The notes under the pieces: generated by a model
Database searches by the model: none
Told to the model about the DNA's origin: nothing
The model's input: the letters and a program-made list of their open reading frames with translations, nothing else
Part shown: in pieces, positions 52,601 through 64,000 of the stretch
Numbering within the stretch: position 1 is the stretch's first letter
Layout of the letters: each line of letters opens with the position of its first letter
DNA from: the human T2T-CHM13v2.0 reference genome, Homo sapiens
DNA length: 64,000 bases
Reading direction: 5' to 3' (one strand)
Assembly (NCBI RefSeq): GCF_009914755.1
Contig: NC_060935.1
Translations under genes and position numbers: made by a program

Positions 52601-54049
52601 GTGACTTGGTTAAAAAGTTCAAGCACAAAGGATGTAGAAGCAGGTGGATGTCATCAGAGAACAGATGCGGATCTAGTGAGATGGGTCCTACCACCCCTGG
52701 AATATGTTCCTGGGAGAGGGGTGGTCTGCTAGAGTGGACTGGGAATAGTAATATTGCATACTTTTGTAAATTCACAAAACCCTCTGATCTGTGATAGAGG
52801 AATAAAGGGCAGAGGATAAACCCCAGATAAAGATTCACTTATCTTAAAAATGAAAGGTTGGAAATTAACTTTATGCTACTGTACCACCTTCGAAGTATTT
52901 CTGGCAGGTGCCTGGAGGATTCAGATTAATGACCAAATTACCTGCCAAGTCAGGGCCTCCCATTAGAAGAGAGTACCAGTTTCCATTAGGAGCACTAGCT
53001 GGAAAACACAATCTTTCAGCAGAGGAAATACAGTCTTCTCTCCTTCTCTGGGTGCACAGAGTGGTCGTGGTTGGCTGGGGCAGATAATGGTGTGGTCTTC
53101 CTCTGCAGATCTGGTTTCTGAGTCCCTGGGCTGCAGCTGTTGTATTTCCAGACACAAACAAGTATGCGTTCTGAGAGCCTCGCCGAGCCCACACAACCGG
53201 GAGAGCCAAGCTGGATTCCATTCTGCTTTGCACATCAGCAGCTCTGCTGCCAGCTGAACTCCAGGGCAAAAGCTGTGCCTGGTAATGATGCAGGCAGCAG
53301 GGATGGCACAGCTGGCCTGGCTTAGGCCGTTAAGGGGGACACGCTTGGCCTTATTTGGGGGAGAGCGAGAAATGGAAGGCGATGAAGAGTTGCGGAAGCA
53401 TACATCAGCCTCCACAAAACTGGTGCACAGCAGGGAAACAATCTGGTTTTGCTAGTCATCAACAACATGCCTGTGTGTGTGCCTGTTTATGCTTAGGTAA
53501 GCCCAGCCTCCCACTCGCTGAAAAGAGTAGGCAGACAAGAAGGAGTGACCAACTCTGAGTCAGCTGTCATCGTGTAGAGAGCAGCTAAGGGGAACAGTGG
53601 GGCTGGAATCTCATGGCCTTGCCTAGTGCCCCTACAGCATCCTCTCTGCCCATGGTGCCAGATATCTGAATGGGAGGACAAAGGGGGCACAGGTGGTGAA
53701 AAAAACCAAGATGCACATTTGGGTATTTTCCTTCTTTTGCTAGAATGTCATTTCTTGATGTCTGTTTCTTGTCACCCATTTGTGATCAGGGACTAAGTAA
53801 GTTCCCTCTGCACCAGACCAGGTGGAAGACTGAGCCAGAGTTCCTCTGAGCCACAGGAGAGATGAGGAGCTATGGAGCGGAGTAGGGGCTGAGGATCTGG
53901 TGCCCCCAGCTAAACTAAAAGGAGGCAGGCAGCATGTAAGAGGATGATGGGGTAGCTCACAGAGAGGAAGGGGATATTCTTTCTCAAGAATGATGAGCCC
54001 AAAGGCATCGCATAACAATTGTGATCTCCCAGCTGGACGTTTCCTGTAG

Positions 54050-54564
<515 letters not shown>

Positions 54565-54730
54565 GTCTAGATCCTGCAAATGAAAGTTGCCCGAATGAGC
54601 TGGATTCTGCAGGCCTGTGAGGACCCAGAGCAGGCAGGGATCCAGCTGCTGACCTAGTTTCAGCCTCCATCCCTGGGTTCTAGGTTGCTGCCCTTTCCAA
54701 AGAAACAATGAATCAGACCAGACCACTGCA

Positions 54731-55365
54731 TTGGCATAAGATCACACTTTAGTTCAGAGACACATTTGCATAAATACTTGAAATGGATCCACCCCTGCAG
54801 GTGGCAGCCTGAGAACATGTGGCTCTCCAAACCCTGCGACGCTGCGGCCCTTTAGGTGATGGATTTTAACACTGAAGACAGTCGTGGTCATTCTTGAAGA
54901 CAGCTTGGGGTCCAGCTTTGGAGCCTGCTTTGACATTCACCATTGACTCCCTGCCCCACGCCTCTCTTGTACTAATTTTTTCCCCTGTGAGGTAGATTAT
55001 TTATCGGGGAAACCAGATAGAATTTTTTTTTTCATTTAAGTTTGCTAGTCCTTTGCAAACAGACTGACGCTGAGTGTCCTGTCTGAGTCAATAAGTGCAC
55101 TTTTACCTTTTAACCTATGCCCTCTACTTGAACCCGAGCAAGGTCCAGTCCACTGGACAGTTGATGATAGGGTCTGCCGCCCCATACCCTCTCCTCTTCC
55201 CCCTTAGGAATTTGTGCAGTACTGGAGGGGTTGCGGCAATGGGAGGCCTGGGTGGGCCGTGCTGCCTTGATATGGCCAAGGGACCCAGTCACCACAGTGG
55301 AGACCCTTGTCTGCACCTCAGTACCGCATGTCCAGGAGCACAAGACTGGCCCCTGCCCCCCTGAA
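54731..55365 (-). other. ADAMTS8: ADAMTS8 3' UTR (end approximate)
   Basis: Unique sequence after the stop codon, running to a likely cleavage site ~15-20 nt past ACTAAA and followed by a GU/U-rich tract. Confidence 0.7.
54748..54753 (-). terminator. Non-canonical polyadenylation signal ACTAAA
   Basis: Plus-strand tttagt; I found no AATAAA/ATTAAA between the stop and this site; GTGGTCTGGTCTGATTCATTGTTTCTTTGG lies downstream on the minus strand. Confidence 0.6.
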
Positions 55366-55936
55366 TCACAGGGGGCACAGCTGGCTTTCGCAGGGCTTGG
55401 CATCCTCGGGTTTCAGAGCCTTGTTGCAGGTGGCAGAGGCCTGGCCGGAGGGGTCCCTGCACTCTACAGTTCGCCTCTGCCAGCCGGCCCCGCAGGTGCT
55501 AGAGCACTCAGACCAGTCCCCCAGCACCCACTGTGCGTGGAGCAGCGGCTGGATGATGTTGGTGGTTGCTCTCTCTTTGCTGCTCTGCATGCTAAAGTCC
55601 ACGTCATTAGGAACAAAGAAGGTGTATTTGACTTTTGGGGGGAAGACCTCGCCAGGGACTGTCAGGAGCTGCACTGTCAGAGGCTCTGGCAAGGGCCGGA
55701 AGCTCTGCAGGCGCTCCAGGGTGGCGATGGAGCCGCTGTACTTCAGGATGGTCCCCTTCACCAAGATGTCCTGCTCTATGGCAGAGATGGCCAGGTTGCC
55801 GTTGAGCAGGTACTGCCCATCAGCCGTCTTCAGCGCCAGGTAGTTCCCATCGTTCTGCACACCCGGGTGGCTCCGCTGCTTCACGTCAATATTAGTGGCA
55901 CCAGCTGGGATGGTGACAATGTCATTGTAGCCATAA
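55366..55936 (-). CDS. ADAMTS8: ADAMTS8 terminal coding exon (exon 9): spacer domain, C-terminal TSR and stop
   Basis: (N)YGYNDIVTIPAGATNIDVKQRSHPGVQNDGNYLALK...WVLGDWSECSSTCGAGWQRRTVECRD...PCESQLCPL*; acceptor TCACAG (AG 55938-55937); TGA at 55368-55366; a single C-terminal TSR ending QLCPL fits ADAMTS8. Confidence 0.97.
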
Positions 55937-56874
55937 CTGTGATAGAAACAGAAGGACACCCTTAGACCAGTGGCTGCCCAGCCCAGGTCACGATGATGCC
56001 TTGGAGACTGAAGTGGGCACCCCAGGTGGCAGACACGAAAAAAACAAAGCAAGTAATTAAGCAAGTTGCCTCAAAGTTCTCAATAAATTAGCTGTTTAGG
56101 CAGACAGAAATGTCTGTACATTGGGATTTTCAAGGGTGTTTGCTTCATCTGGCAACTCTATTTCAAAAGTGTGGTTGAGGAGTTGAGGTATGTGGGTGTT
56201 GAGAACAGCATAGAGACGAGGAGAACCCAGAAGGATGTGGAAAGCTGCACTGGTGTAGCCAAACCTGGCACCTGTCAAATGTGATCTCAAATACCTCTAG
56301 CTCCTTGCACTGGTATACAACTTTGATTGGCCACCTCCATACCCAGAGCTCAAACCCACATGGAAAAAACTGTTCCACACACCCCTTCCAGAACGTGAAC
56401 AGGAGGGAAATTTCACACCACCTCTCTGAGTCAGTCGGCTCCTAGTATTTGATGAATATGGCCCTAGGGTGGGATCAGGGTGGGGTTGGGAGTTGGGGGT
56501 TTAAGCCTGCTTCTTTGAAGCCACCTTCTGGGAGTGCCCAGGCACCATGAGCACTGTGCTTCTGGAATGATAGGAAGCAGTTTTGGGAAACTGTTTCCAG
56601 TCCATTATAGGCTTAGGGCTTTAGGTAGGATGAAGAAAGATTAGTTGTTTGTTCTTTTCTGGAAATCTGGGTTCCATAGGCTGGGGAGAAAGTGAGGCGA
56701 GTGGTCAGGCGGGCTTTTTGCTTTTCTTACCATATGTCCAGCTGGGGCTAGCTGCTTAGTTTCAGACTCTTAGAGTGTCCACAGGCCCATCTGTCTAAAG
56801 CCTGAGGGAAAGTGGCCAAGGGACCCAGTATCTGAATAGTGTCTGCTTCTCTTTTTCTATGTCTTTTGAGCTTA

Positions 56875-57200
<326 letters not shown>

Positions 57201-57269
57201 TGAAAACAGTCCCAAGTTGCCTGCTGTAGGCTGATTCTGTTCTCTCAGACTGGTGAGATGAGAGATGTA

Positions 57270-57309
57270 GAGACAGACAGACAGACAGACAGACACACAC
57301 ACACACACA
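57270..57309. repeat. (GACA)n(CA)n compound microsatellite
   Basis: Direct reading. Confidence 0.9.
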
Positions 57310-57544
57310 GAATGGGGCAGGGTTTGCGAGCTTCACTAGGTAGAATACAATACAGTGAACACTTCTCAAAAACTCTGAGACCGTGAGTGGGGGAAGTGGC
57401 TGGACAGGTGGATGCTCACATAAGCCCTAGGACACATTGATGTACTGGAGGCAGACAGGCAGAGTGTGGCCCATATAAAACACCCGAACTTGCCCTTACT
57501 CTGCAGGAAGTACATGGAATGGGAGACAAAAGTCATCCAGGACT

Positions 57545-57745
57545 TAGGAAAACTAGGTTCTCTTCTGGCTGTCATTAACCATCAATGTGACCTTAGAAAA
57601 GTCATTTAATCTTTCTGTGCCTTAATTTCTTCCTCTGCAAAATGAGGAATAGTATTGGCCTTGCTCACCTCATGGACTTATTTTACAAATCAAATGAGAC
57701 CATGGAAATGAAAGCGCTTTGGAAAATCCTTGGAGTTTTATGAAT
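57545..57745 (+). mobile_element. MIR
   Basis: tgtgaccttagaaaagtcatttaatctttctgtgcctta...ctgcaaaatgagg. Confidence 0.75.
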
Positions 57746-58069
57746 GTGGGGCATTAGGATGAGAAAAAAGTGTCTGGAGTTCTCAGATTCATGAAAGCCC
57801 TGAGGCTGCCAGGGCCCCTTTTTGGTAACCCCCTTCTCTGAAGATCCATCTGCAGAAAGGACAGGGGCTTGCCAGGCTTAGGGTGAGACGTCCTTCCCAA
57901 AACAGGCCTGGGAGAGCTGTTTTCTGGCAGAGGTCCAGGTTACTCAGTGTGGCTCGATTGACTCAGAGATGACAGCTCCCTATCCACATGGCCTCCAGCC
58001 CTCGTAAAAGTCACGGCTGCCCTGTGTTCTATCTTTTCTATGAGCTCGACACTGCCAAGTGCACATCCC

Positions 58070-58230
58070 ATCTCAGGAAATCCTTACAACGACTCTGAGA
58101 TAGAGATACTGCTGACATTTTACAAAGAAACTGAAGCTCGGAGAGTTTAAATAACTTGCCCAACCCTCACAGCTATTAAGTAGCAGCCACAGTTCAATTT
58201 GGGCCTAGCAGAGTGCAAAGCCCATTATGC
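58070..58230 (-). mobile_element. MIR
   Basis: cattttacaaagaaactgaagctcggagagtttaaataacttgccca. Confidence 0.7.
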
Positions 58231-58271
58231 TCTTCTACCAAGCAAGGTACAGAACTTCTGGGGAGACTCAC

Positions 58272-58447
58272 TTGGTGGGGGTGAGGGACCCGGAGACCTT
58301 CCTGCAGGAGTTGCCTTTGCCCCCACACACCCCGCATTTGTCCAGCTTCCGAGGCGAGTCCACCACATGGTCACAGCCGGCCTTGACACACTGGCCACGG
58401 ACACAGATGGCCAGTGTTTCTGGCCCACACAGGGTGCCATCAATCAC
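58272..58447 (-). CDS. ADAMTS8: ADAMTS8 coding exon (exon 8): cysteine-rich domain, second part
   Basis: [58 protein letters not shown](N); [14 protein letters not shown] motif; acceptor TTGCAG, donor GTGAGT; 176 nt, ends phase 2. Confidence 0.97.
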
Positions 58448-58575
58448 CTGCAACGGGGAAAGGGAAGGTGAGGGAGGGCGTGTTGAGCACAGAAGCAGCC
58501 TGCCGGGGGGCGGGGGTGTGGGGACAGGCGACCTTCCTCCCCATCTCTGGATCTGAGTCCCAGGGTGATTCTCAC

Positions 58576-58748
58576 CTTGGCCTCGAACACTTTGAACTCG
58601 CTCCTCCCCCGGGCTCGGCAGAACAACTTGCAGCGGTCCCGGGGGGACACCCCAGCATACTTGGGGACCCACTGCAGGAGATTCCCGTCCATGTCAGTGT
58701 AATTGTAGGCATTATACTTCTCACACTGCTGCTCCCTGAAGCTTTTCC
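58576..58748 (-). CDS. ADAMTS8: ADAMTS8 coding exon (exon 7): cysteine-rich domain, first part
   Basis: (G)[57 protein letters not shown]; acceptor TTTCTAG, donor GTGAGA; 173 nt, phase fits both neighbours. Confidence 0.97.
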
Positions 58749-61224
58749 CTAGAAAGAGGAAGAAACGGCATGGAGGTGACACCCATGCGGAAGCAGGAGC
58801 ATCCGGTGGAGAAATCCCGAATTTACAGCACTTTTCTTCTTTCTTTTGGTTTTGAACTCAACCCAGGCGCCCAGGGCCAGTGTCTTCTGGGCACAACATT
58901 CCTAGACGCATGTGTGACCCTTACTCAAAAGGGCAAGGAAAGGAGCCTCCAGCCGCATGCTGGGCTTTCTAGGATAAATGCCCTTTCCATTAGGGAAAGA
59001 GACTCATTGTACTCTACAGGTGAATAAACGCAGGGAGCAACAGGGAACAATTCAGTAAGCTTGGAAGGCACAGAATGGCATGTGGAGCTATATTCTCAGG
59101 ACACTACTAATTGTGCAGTATCGATTTCCTCAGTGACACCGGACATGAATCCAAAGACTCCTAAATCTACATGTCTAGCTCTGATCTTGCCCCTACACCC
59201 ACATTCCGTAATTCTGGGTGTCCCTGGGGAGCTCCGTTTGTATGTACTGTGATTACCTCCAACTCAGCATGGCCAAGCTCCCGATGGTCCTTCCACGAAC
59301 TGTCTTGACTTTCATTTGCTGATCTTACCATGCCCAAGTCTGAGACTGGTATCCTGGTATCTCCCGAACATTTGAGCATCTCTATCTGCTATTTCCAAAC
59401 TGTCACAAAGACCCACACTATATTCAGGACAATCTGTGATTTAAAACGATGGCATCCCACTCTCACCACCACAAGCCCAGGCCTGCTGGCTTCATGGGGA
59501 CCTGTGCCTGCCTCCTCTCCATCCTGCCACGTGCTGCTGCCAGACCAACCCATCTGAAGTTAGATGTGGGTTGCTTTCCACCCCCAAATCCTAAAATTAA
59601 AGCTGTTCTTCCTGCCAAGGTTCCCTGCCCAAACTGTGCATCTGAATGCCTGGGGAGACTTTGCCAAGGCAGATGCCATACTCCACGCCTGAGACTCTGA
59701 GTCAGTGCAGCTGAGGGGGTCTGGGCTGTGTCTGCAGGAGCTTCCAGGTGACTTAATGGGACAGGTGGCACAGATAACTCCCAGATACTGTGTCAGCCTT
59801 CAAGGACCTCTGTGGTCTGGCCTTGACATAGTGGTGTGCTTTGCTTGATTCCACCTAAGTGAATGAGGGCCCTTCTCACACCTTTCCACCACCCTGGCAG
59901 GTCCCCTCACACCTCACCCATCTCAGTCCTCCAGACTCTGCTCAGTCCTAACTCCTTTCAAAGCTTCCGCTCACCCAGCCTTTCCTTTCTCCGAGCGCCT
60001 CACCAACCTAGGGTCTGTGACTCATCCATTGAAATGTAATGGCTGTGTTAAAGGGATTTGGGTCTCTAATTGGACTACAAGCTCCTTAGGGACAGAGACC
60101 ATGCCTTTTACATTTTCATACATTTTTATAGTTCTAGACACACAAAAAATACTAAAAAATACTCGACAGTAATGGCAGACTTTGGTGCATCTGACATCAT
60201 GGCATCACTTTTCGTCCACACCTACCTTGCACCCTATATTCATTCTCATCCTCCCCCTTTCCCAGCAACGTCTCACCCTGTATGCCAGGCAAACTCTCAT
60301 ACAATTCCAGGGCAAAGTTTCTAGAGCCTCAAACCATTGTGGATCCTTCTTGTCTTGTGAAACCGCAAAGCCTACAGATTCTCCTGAGACATCAACCCAA
60401 TGCCAGTGTCTTTTCCCGTGGTTGAATCTCTCCTAAGGCTCTGCCTGATTTTTCTTGCCTGCCAATCCTTCCTGGAGCTGCACACTGGGCAGTTGGATGG
60501 GATGGTGGGGAAAAACCTTGTAATGATTTCCCTCTCACGAGTTTGCTGCTGCCCCTTTACTGCCTCTAAGTTAATGTTCATGGTTTCCAGCAGGTACTGG
60601 GGATAGGAATATGCCAAGGGGAGGGAGAGGTAGTATTCCTTCCTGGGAAGATTCTGTCAAACAGTTGCCATGTTCCCAAGGGAAGATGGGCAACTCTTCT
60701 CAGAAGGAATGTGAACAGGAATCAGATTCAGAAATCCTCCCTCTGCCCTGGGCTGAATTTTGGCTAGAAAGACCTTGGAGGTTTGGCTCTGACACTTGCT
60801 TTGGAAAATGCTTCCATTCTGCACACAGATGAGGGTTCCTATGCCTCCAGGAGGATTAGTTTCCTAGACACCAGCCCCTCTGCAGAGGCTCCTCCCCAGT
60901 AAGTTTGGTTGGGAGTGATGTCCTCCTCTCCACATCTTGGAAGATGAGCGTAATTTCTCTCCTTGACTTTGCCAGGCTCTCTGAACACTATGAGAGCTGT
61001 CCCGGGTCCCTGAGAGCTGCCCCTGGGATTGGAACCTTGCAGAGCCCATTTAGGTGGAGATCACAGGCAAAACTCTACATCCCAGGAGACCCACTTTACT
61101 CCCCTCTGGGAGTAACTCTATATCCCGGGACACCCACTTCACTCCCACTTTACACATCCTCTGGGGATGCGTCATAGCAATGATAGTAGCTGCTCTGGCA
61201 GGGGCGGCCCTGAGTGGTAATTAC

Positions 61225-61408
61225 CGTCAGGGGGGCATTCCTCCGTGTGGCATGACTGGTACTTGGCTCTCCGACCCAGGCAGTATCTTCCTCCATTCTG
61301 AGGCTCGGGGTCCTTGCACTCACGGTGTGAAAACTGTACTCCTCCTCCACAGGTCCGAGAACATTCTCCCCAGGGTCCCCACGGTGCCCAGCCTCCATCT
61401 GCCACGGG
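61225..61408 (-). CDS. ADAMTS8: ADAMTS8 coding exon (exon 6 of 9 by recalled gene structure): central thrombospondin type-1 repeat
   Basis: Translates [61 protein letters not shown](G); WxxWxxW and [11 protein letters not shown] motifs; acceptor TTGCAG (AG 61410-61409), donor GTAATT; 184 nt, ends phase 1. Confidence 0.97.
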
Positions 61409-61559
61409 CTGCAACATACAATGGCACACTGAATGAGGAGCAAAGGCCAGGAGGCTTCAGTATCTGTGTCACTGGGTGGCCAATGCCCTGGCTTCCTCAT
61501 CTAGTCATTATCATCTTGGTGCATGGAGTGCCGTAAACTGCCTCAATCATTTGTTTAAT

Positions 61560-61692
61560 GACTGTGTGGCCTGCATGGCTTTGTGAGCACAGAGACCAGG
61601 CTGGACTCATTCACTACTGACTCCTCAGTGTCTAAAACAGTGCCTTATGCTTAGTAAGGTGCTCAATAGGCTATCTGCTGAATGAATGAATG
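61560..61692 (+). mobile_element. L2 3' end
   Basis: aaacagtgcct...ggtgctcaata...tgaatgaatgaatga. Confidence 0.75.
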
Positions 61693-61726
61693 ACACCCTT
61701 TTATGGGAATAAGGTTGCATATAATG

Positions 61727-61936
61727 CAGTGGTTCTCCGTTGGGGCGAATTCTGCCCTCCAGGGGACATTTGGCAATGTCTGGAGATACTCTGGTGGCTA
61801 CAGCTGTGGAGGGTGTACGTGACCACATCTAGTGGGTAGAGGCCAGTGATGCTGCTCCACATCCAGCAATGCACAGGCCCCACGGTAACAATTATCCAGT
61901 CCTAAGTGTCCCTAGTGCCAAGGCAGAGGAACTCTG
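61727..61936. mobile_element. MER20 hAT-Charlie
   Basis: cagtggttctc...ccaggggacatttggcaatgtctggaga...gaggccag.gatgctgct. Confidence 0.88.
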
Positions 61937-62032
61937 GTCTAAAGGAAACATCCCTGCGAGGTGTTGCCATAGTCTACCAGCCACTGGTTCTGGTGATAGG
62001 ACAATGCTTGGGAAAGAAACAGAATTGCTTCC

Positions 62033-62340
<308 letters not shown>

Positions 62341-62631
62341 TGACCTATGAGAACAAAGCTTTGCCCTTTGGAATGCTGTATGCCCAAAGGTTCATAGAGT
62401 ATTCAAAATGAAAATAATTTTTTAAAAGTTATAAAAGTAATAGTTGCTCATACGACAAATAAAAAAATGCAGAAAAGTGTAAAAAAGAAATTAACACTTC
62501 TTTAAAACACCACTACCCAGATAAAACCATTAACATGATTTTCACCAATATTTTTCATACTTTTGCTCTGAATATATCATCATAAAAATGCAATGCTTTT
62601 ATTTTACAAAAGATATGATTCTATGTATATA

Positions 62632-62965
62632 TTCTTTCTGTCTTTCTCACTTTCTTTCTACCTCTCTTTCTCTCTTTCTTTCTCACTTTCTTTCTTTCTT
62701 GAAAGTCTTGCTCTGTCGCCCAGGCCAGAGTGCAGTGGTATGATCTTGGCTCACTGCAACTGCCGCCTCCTGGGTTCAAGTGATTCTCCTGTCTTGGCCT
62801 CTGGAGTAGCTGGGATTATAGGCACCTGCCACCACACTTGGCTAATTGTTGTATTTTTAGTAGAGACAGGGTTTCACCATGTTGGTGAGGCTGGTCTCGA
62901 ACTCCTGACCTCAGGTGATCCACCCGCCTCGGCCTCCCAAAGTGCTGGGATTACAGCACCTGGCC
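62632..62965 (-). mobile_element. AluS with CT-rich tail
   Basis: Dimer with short deletion near its 5' end. Confidence 0.9.
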
Positions 62966-63921
62966 TGATTCTATAAATATGTATTTTCTGATCTGACTTC
63001 TTAAAAATAGAGGCCACACATCATTCCATGATCATTTCACGTCAACCTCTCCCTGCACTTAGCTCGGCTGTGCTCTGGGATTGGTGGCAGATCCCTCTGC
63101 TCTCCCCTCAATAACATGTGATGAGAATGAACAGGGTGAATGGGAGGTGGCTGAGGATCAGTCCATGAATCCTGCACCAGCTCAGGCTTAGGACAAGAGT
63201 ACAGAGCTTACCTGGTGCAGGCGGGCTCCCAAGGCTCAGTGCAAAAGACATGCACTGAGGAGTGCTTGGGCCACCCTGGCGATTCAGCGCTGGCGGGGAC
63301 CGGGCTGTGAAACCCAGTGGATGCTGTTTCATAGTGATGGCTCCATGAGTCACAGTAAGAGAAATGCGATCAGCCTCACAGTTTGGATGTATTCAGAGCA
63401 GGGCAAAGAAGTGAATCATTTAAAAACCCTCACTGGCACTGCCTTGGTTTTTCTTGTGAGTTTACTCTCTCCTGGGCCAAGTTTTTTTCTGCCTGGCCAG
63501 AGGCAGCTCTGAATCTGTCTCCTCTCCTCCTCTTTGAATACGGAATTCCCACAACTGCTCTCATTCTCCCAACCTGTAATTATGCATTCAGTTCAAGCAC
63601 GGGCAGGCTATGAATACTTTTCACTCAATTCTTGATGGAATTTATTCCGCGTGTCTCTGTGTTCATGACGGAATTGACAGTGGCTCCATCTGTTGTGTGC
63701 TCACCTTCCTGTCTCCACCCCGCTCACCAATCTGCACCTGCACCAGCCCTGAGGCAGCCCCAAAGCAGCTCCCTAATGTCTGGAGCCACGGCAGTGTCAA
63801 CCCACTGACCGAGGGGATAGCCTTCACGGGCTCCTCACCGTGTGGATAAATATGCTTTGGTTTGTTTGTTAAAAGATGAGTGATTTTACCTAGAAGTCCT
63901 ATGTTGCAGCCTGGCCCGAAG

Positions 63922-64000
63922 TTTCTTTTCTTTTTTTTTTTTTTTTTTGGAGACAGGGTCTCCCTCTGTTGCCCAGGCTAGAGTGCAGTGGCATGATCAT
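63922..64000 (-). mobile_element. AluJ, cut by window edge
   Basis: T tail and gagacagggtc...ggctagagtgcagtggc. Confidence 0.85.

Noticed and set aside
55231-55965. 244-aa plus-strand ORF (and 178-aa ORF 55307-55843)
   Set aside because: Antisense shadows of the GC-rich ADAMTS8 last exon; no recognisable protein
55937-56064. N-terminal extension of the 232-aa ORF
   Set aside because: Intron 8 sequence upstream of the real acceptor; open by chance and TTG-initiated

Overview
Primate (human-like) genomic DNA. The right end (~54.7-64 kb) holds the last four coding exons and 3' UTR of ADAMTS8 on the minus strand (TSR1, Cys-rich, spacer and TSR2 domains). All GT-AG junctions and reading phases check out, and the poly(A) signal appears to be non-canonical ACTAAA. 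From memory this locus is human 11q24.3, between ZBTB44 and ADAMTS8. The left ~50 kb is repeat-dense non-coding DNA: a fragmented near-full-length ancient L1M element (1.1-12.9 kb), about 50 Alus, MaLR/ERV solo LTRs, DNA-transposon fossils, and L2/MIR remnants. Almost all listed ORFs are Alu/L1 artefacts. I see no evidence for a new protein-coding system. The best non-obvious signals are structural: (1) a ~575-bp polyadenylated retrocopy with TSD inserted into the linker of an AluY that itself sits in an old L1; (2) an apparent Alu-mediated inversion revealed by an inverted TSD; (3) two inverted Alus sharing private mutations (gene conversion); (4) an orphan poly(A) insertion with TSD; (5) template-switch scars; (6) a repeat-poor block downstream of ADAMTS8 with plus-strand splice signals. 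Repeat subfamily names and boundaries were judged by eye and are approximate.
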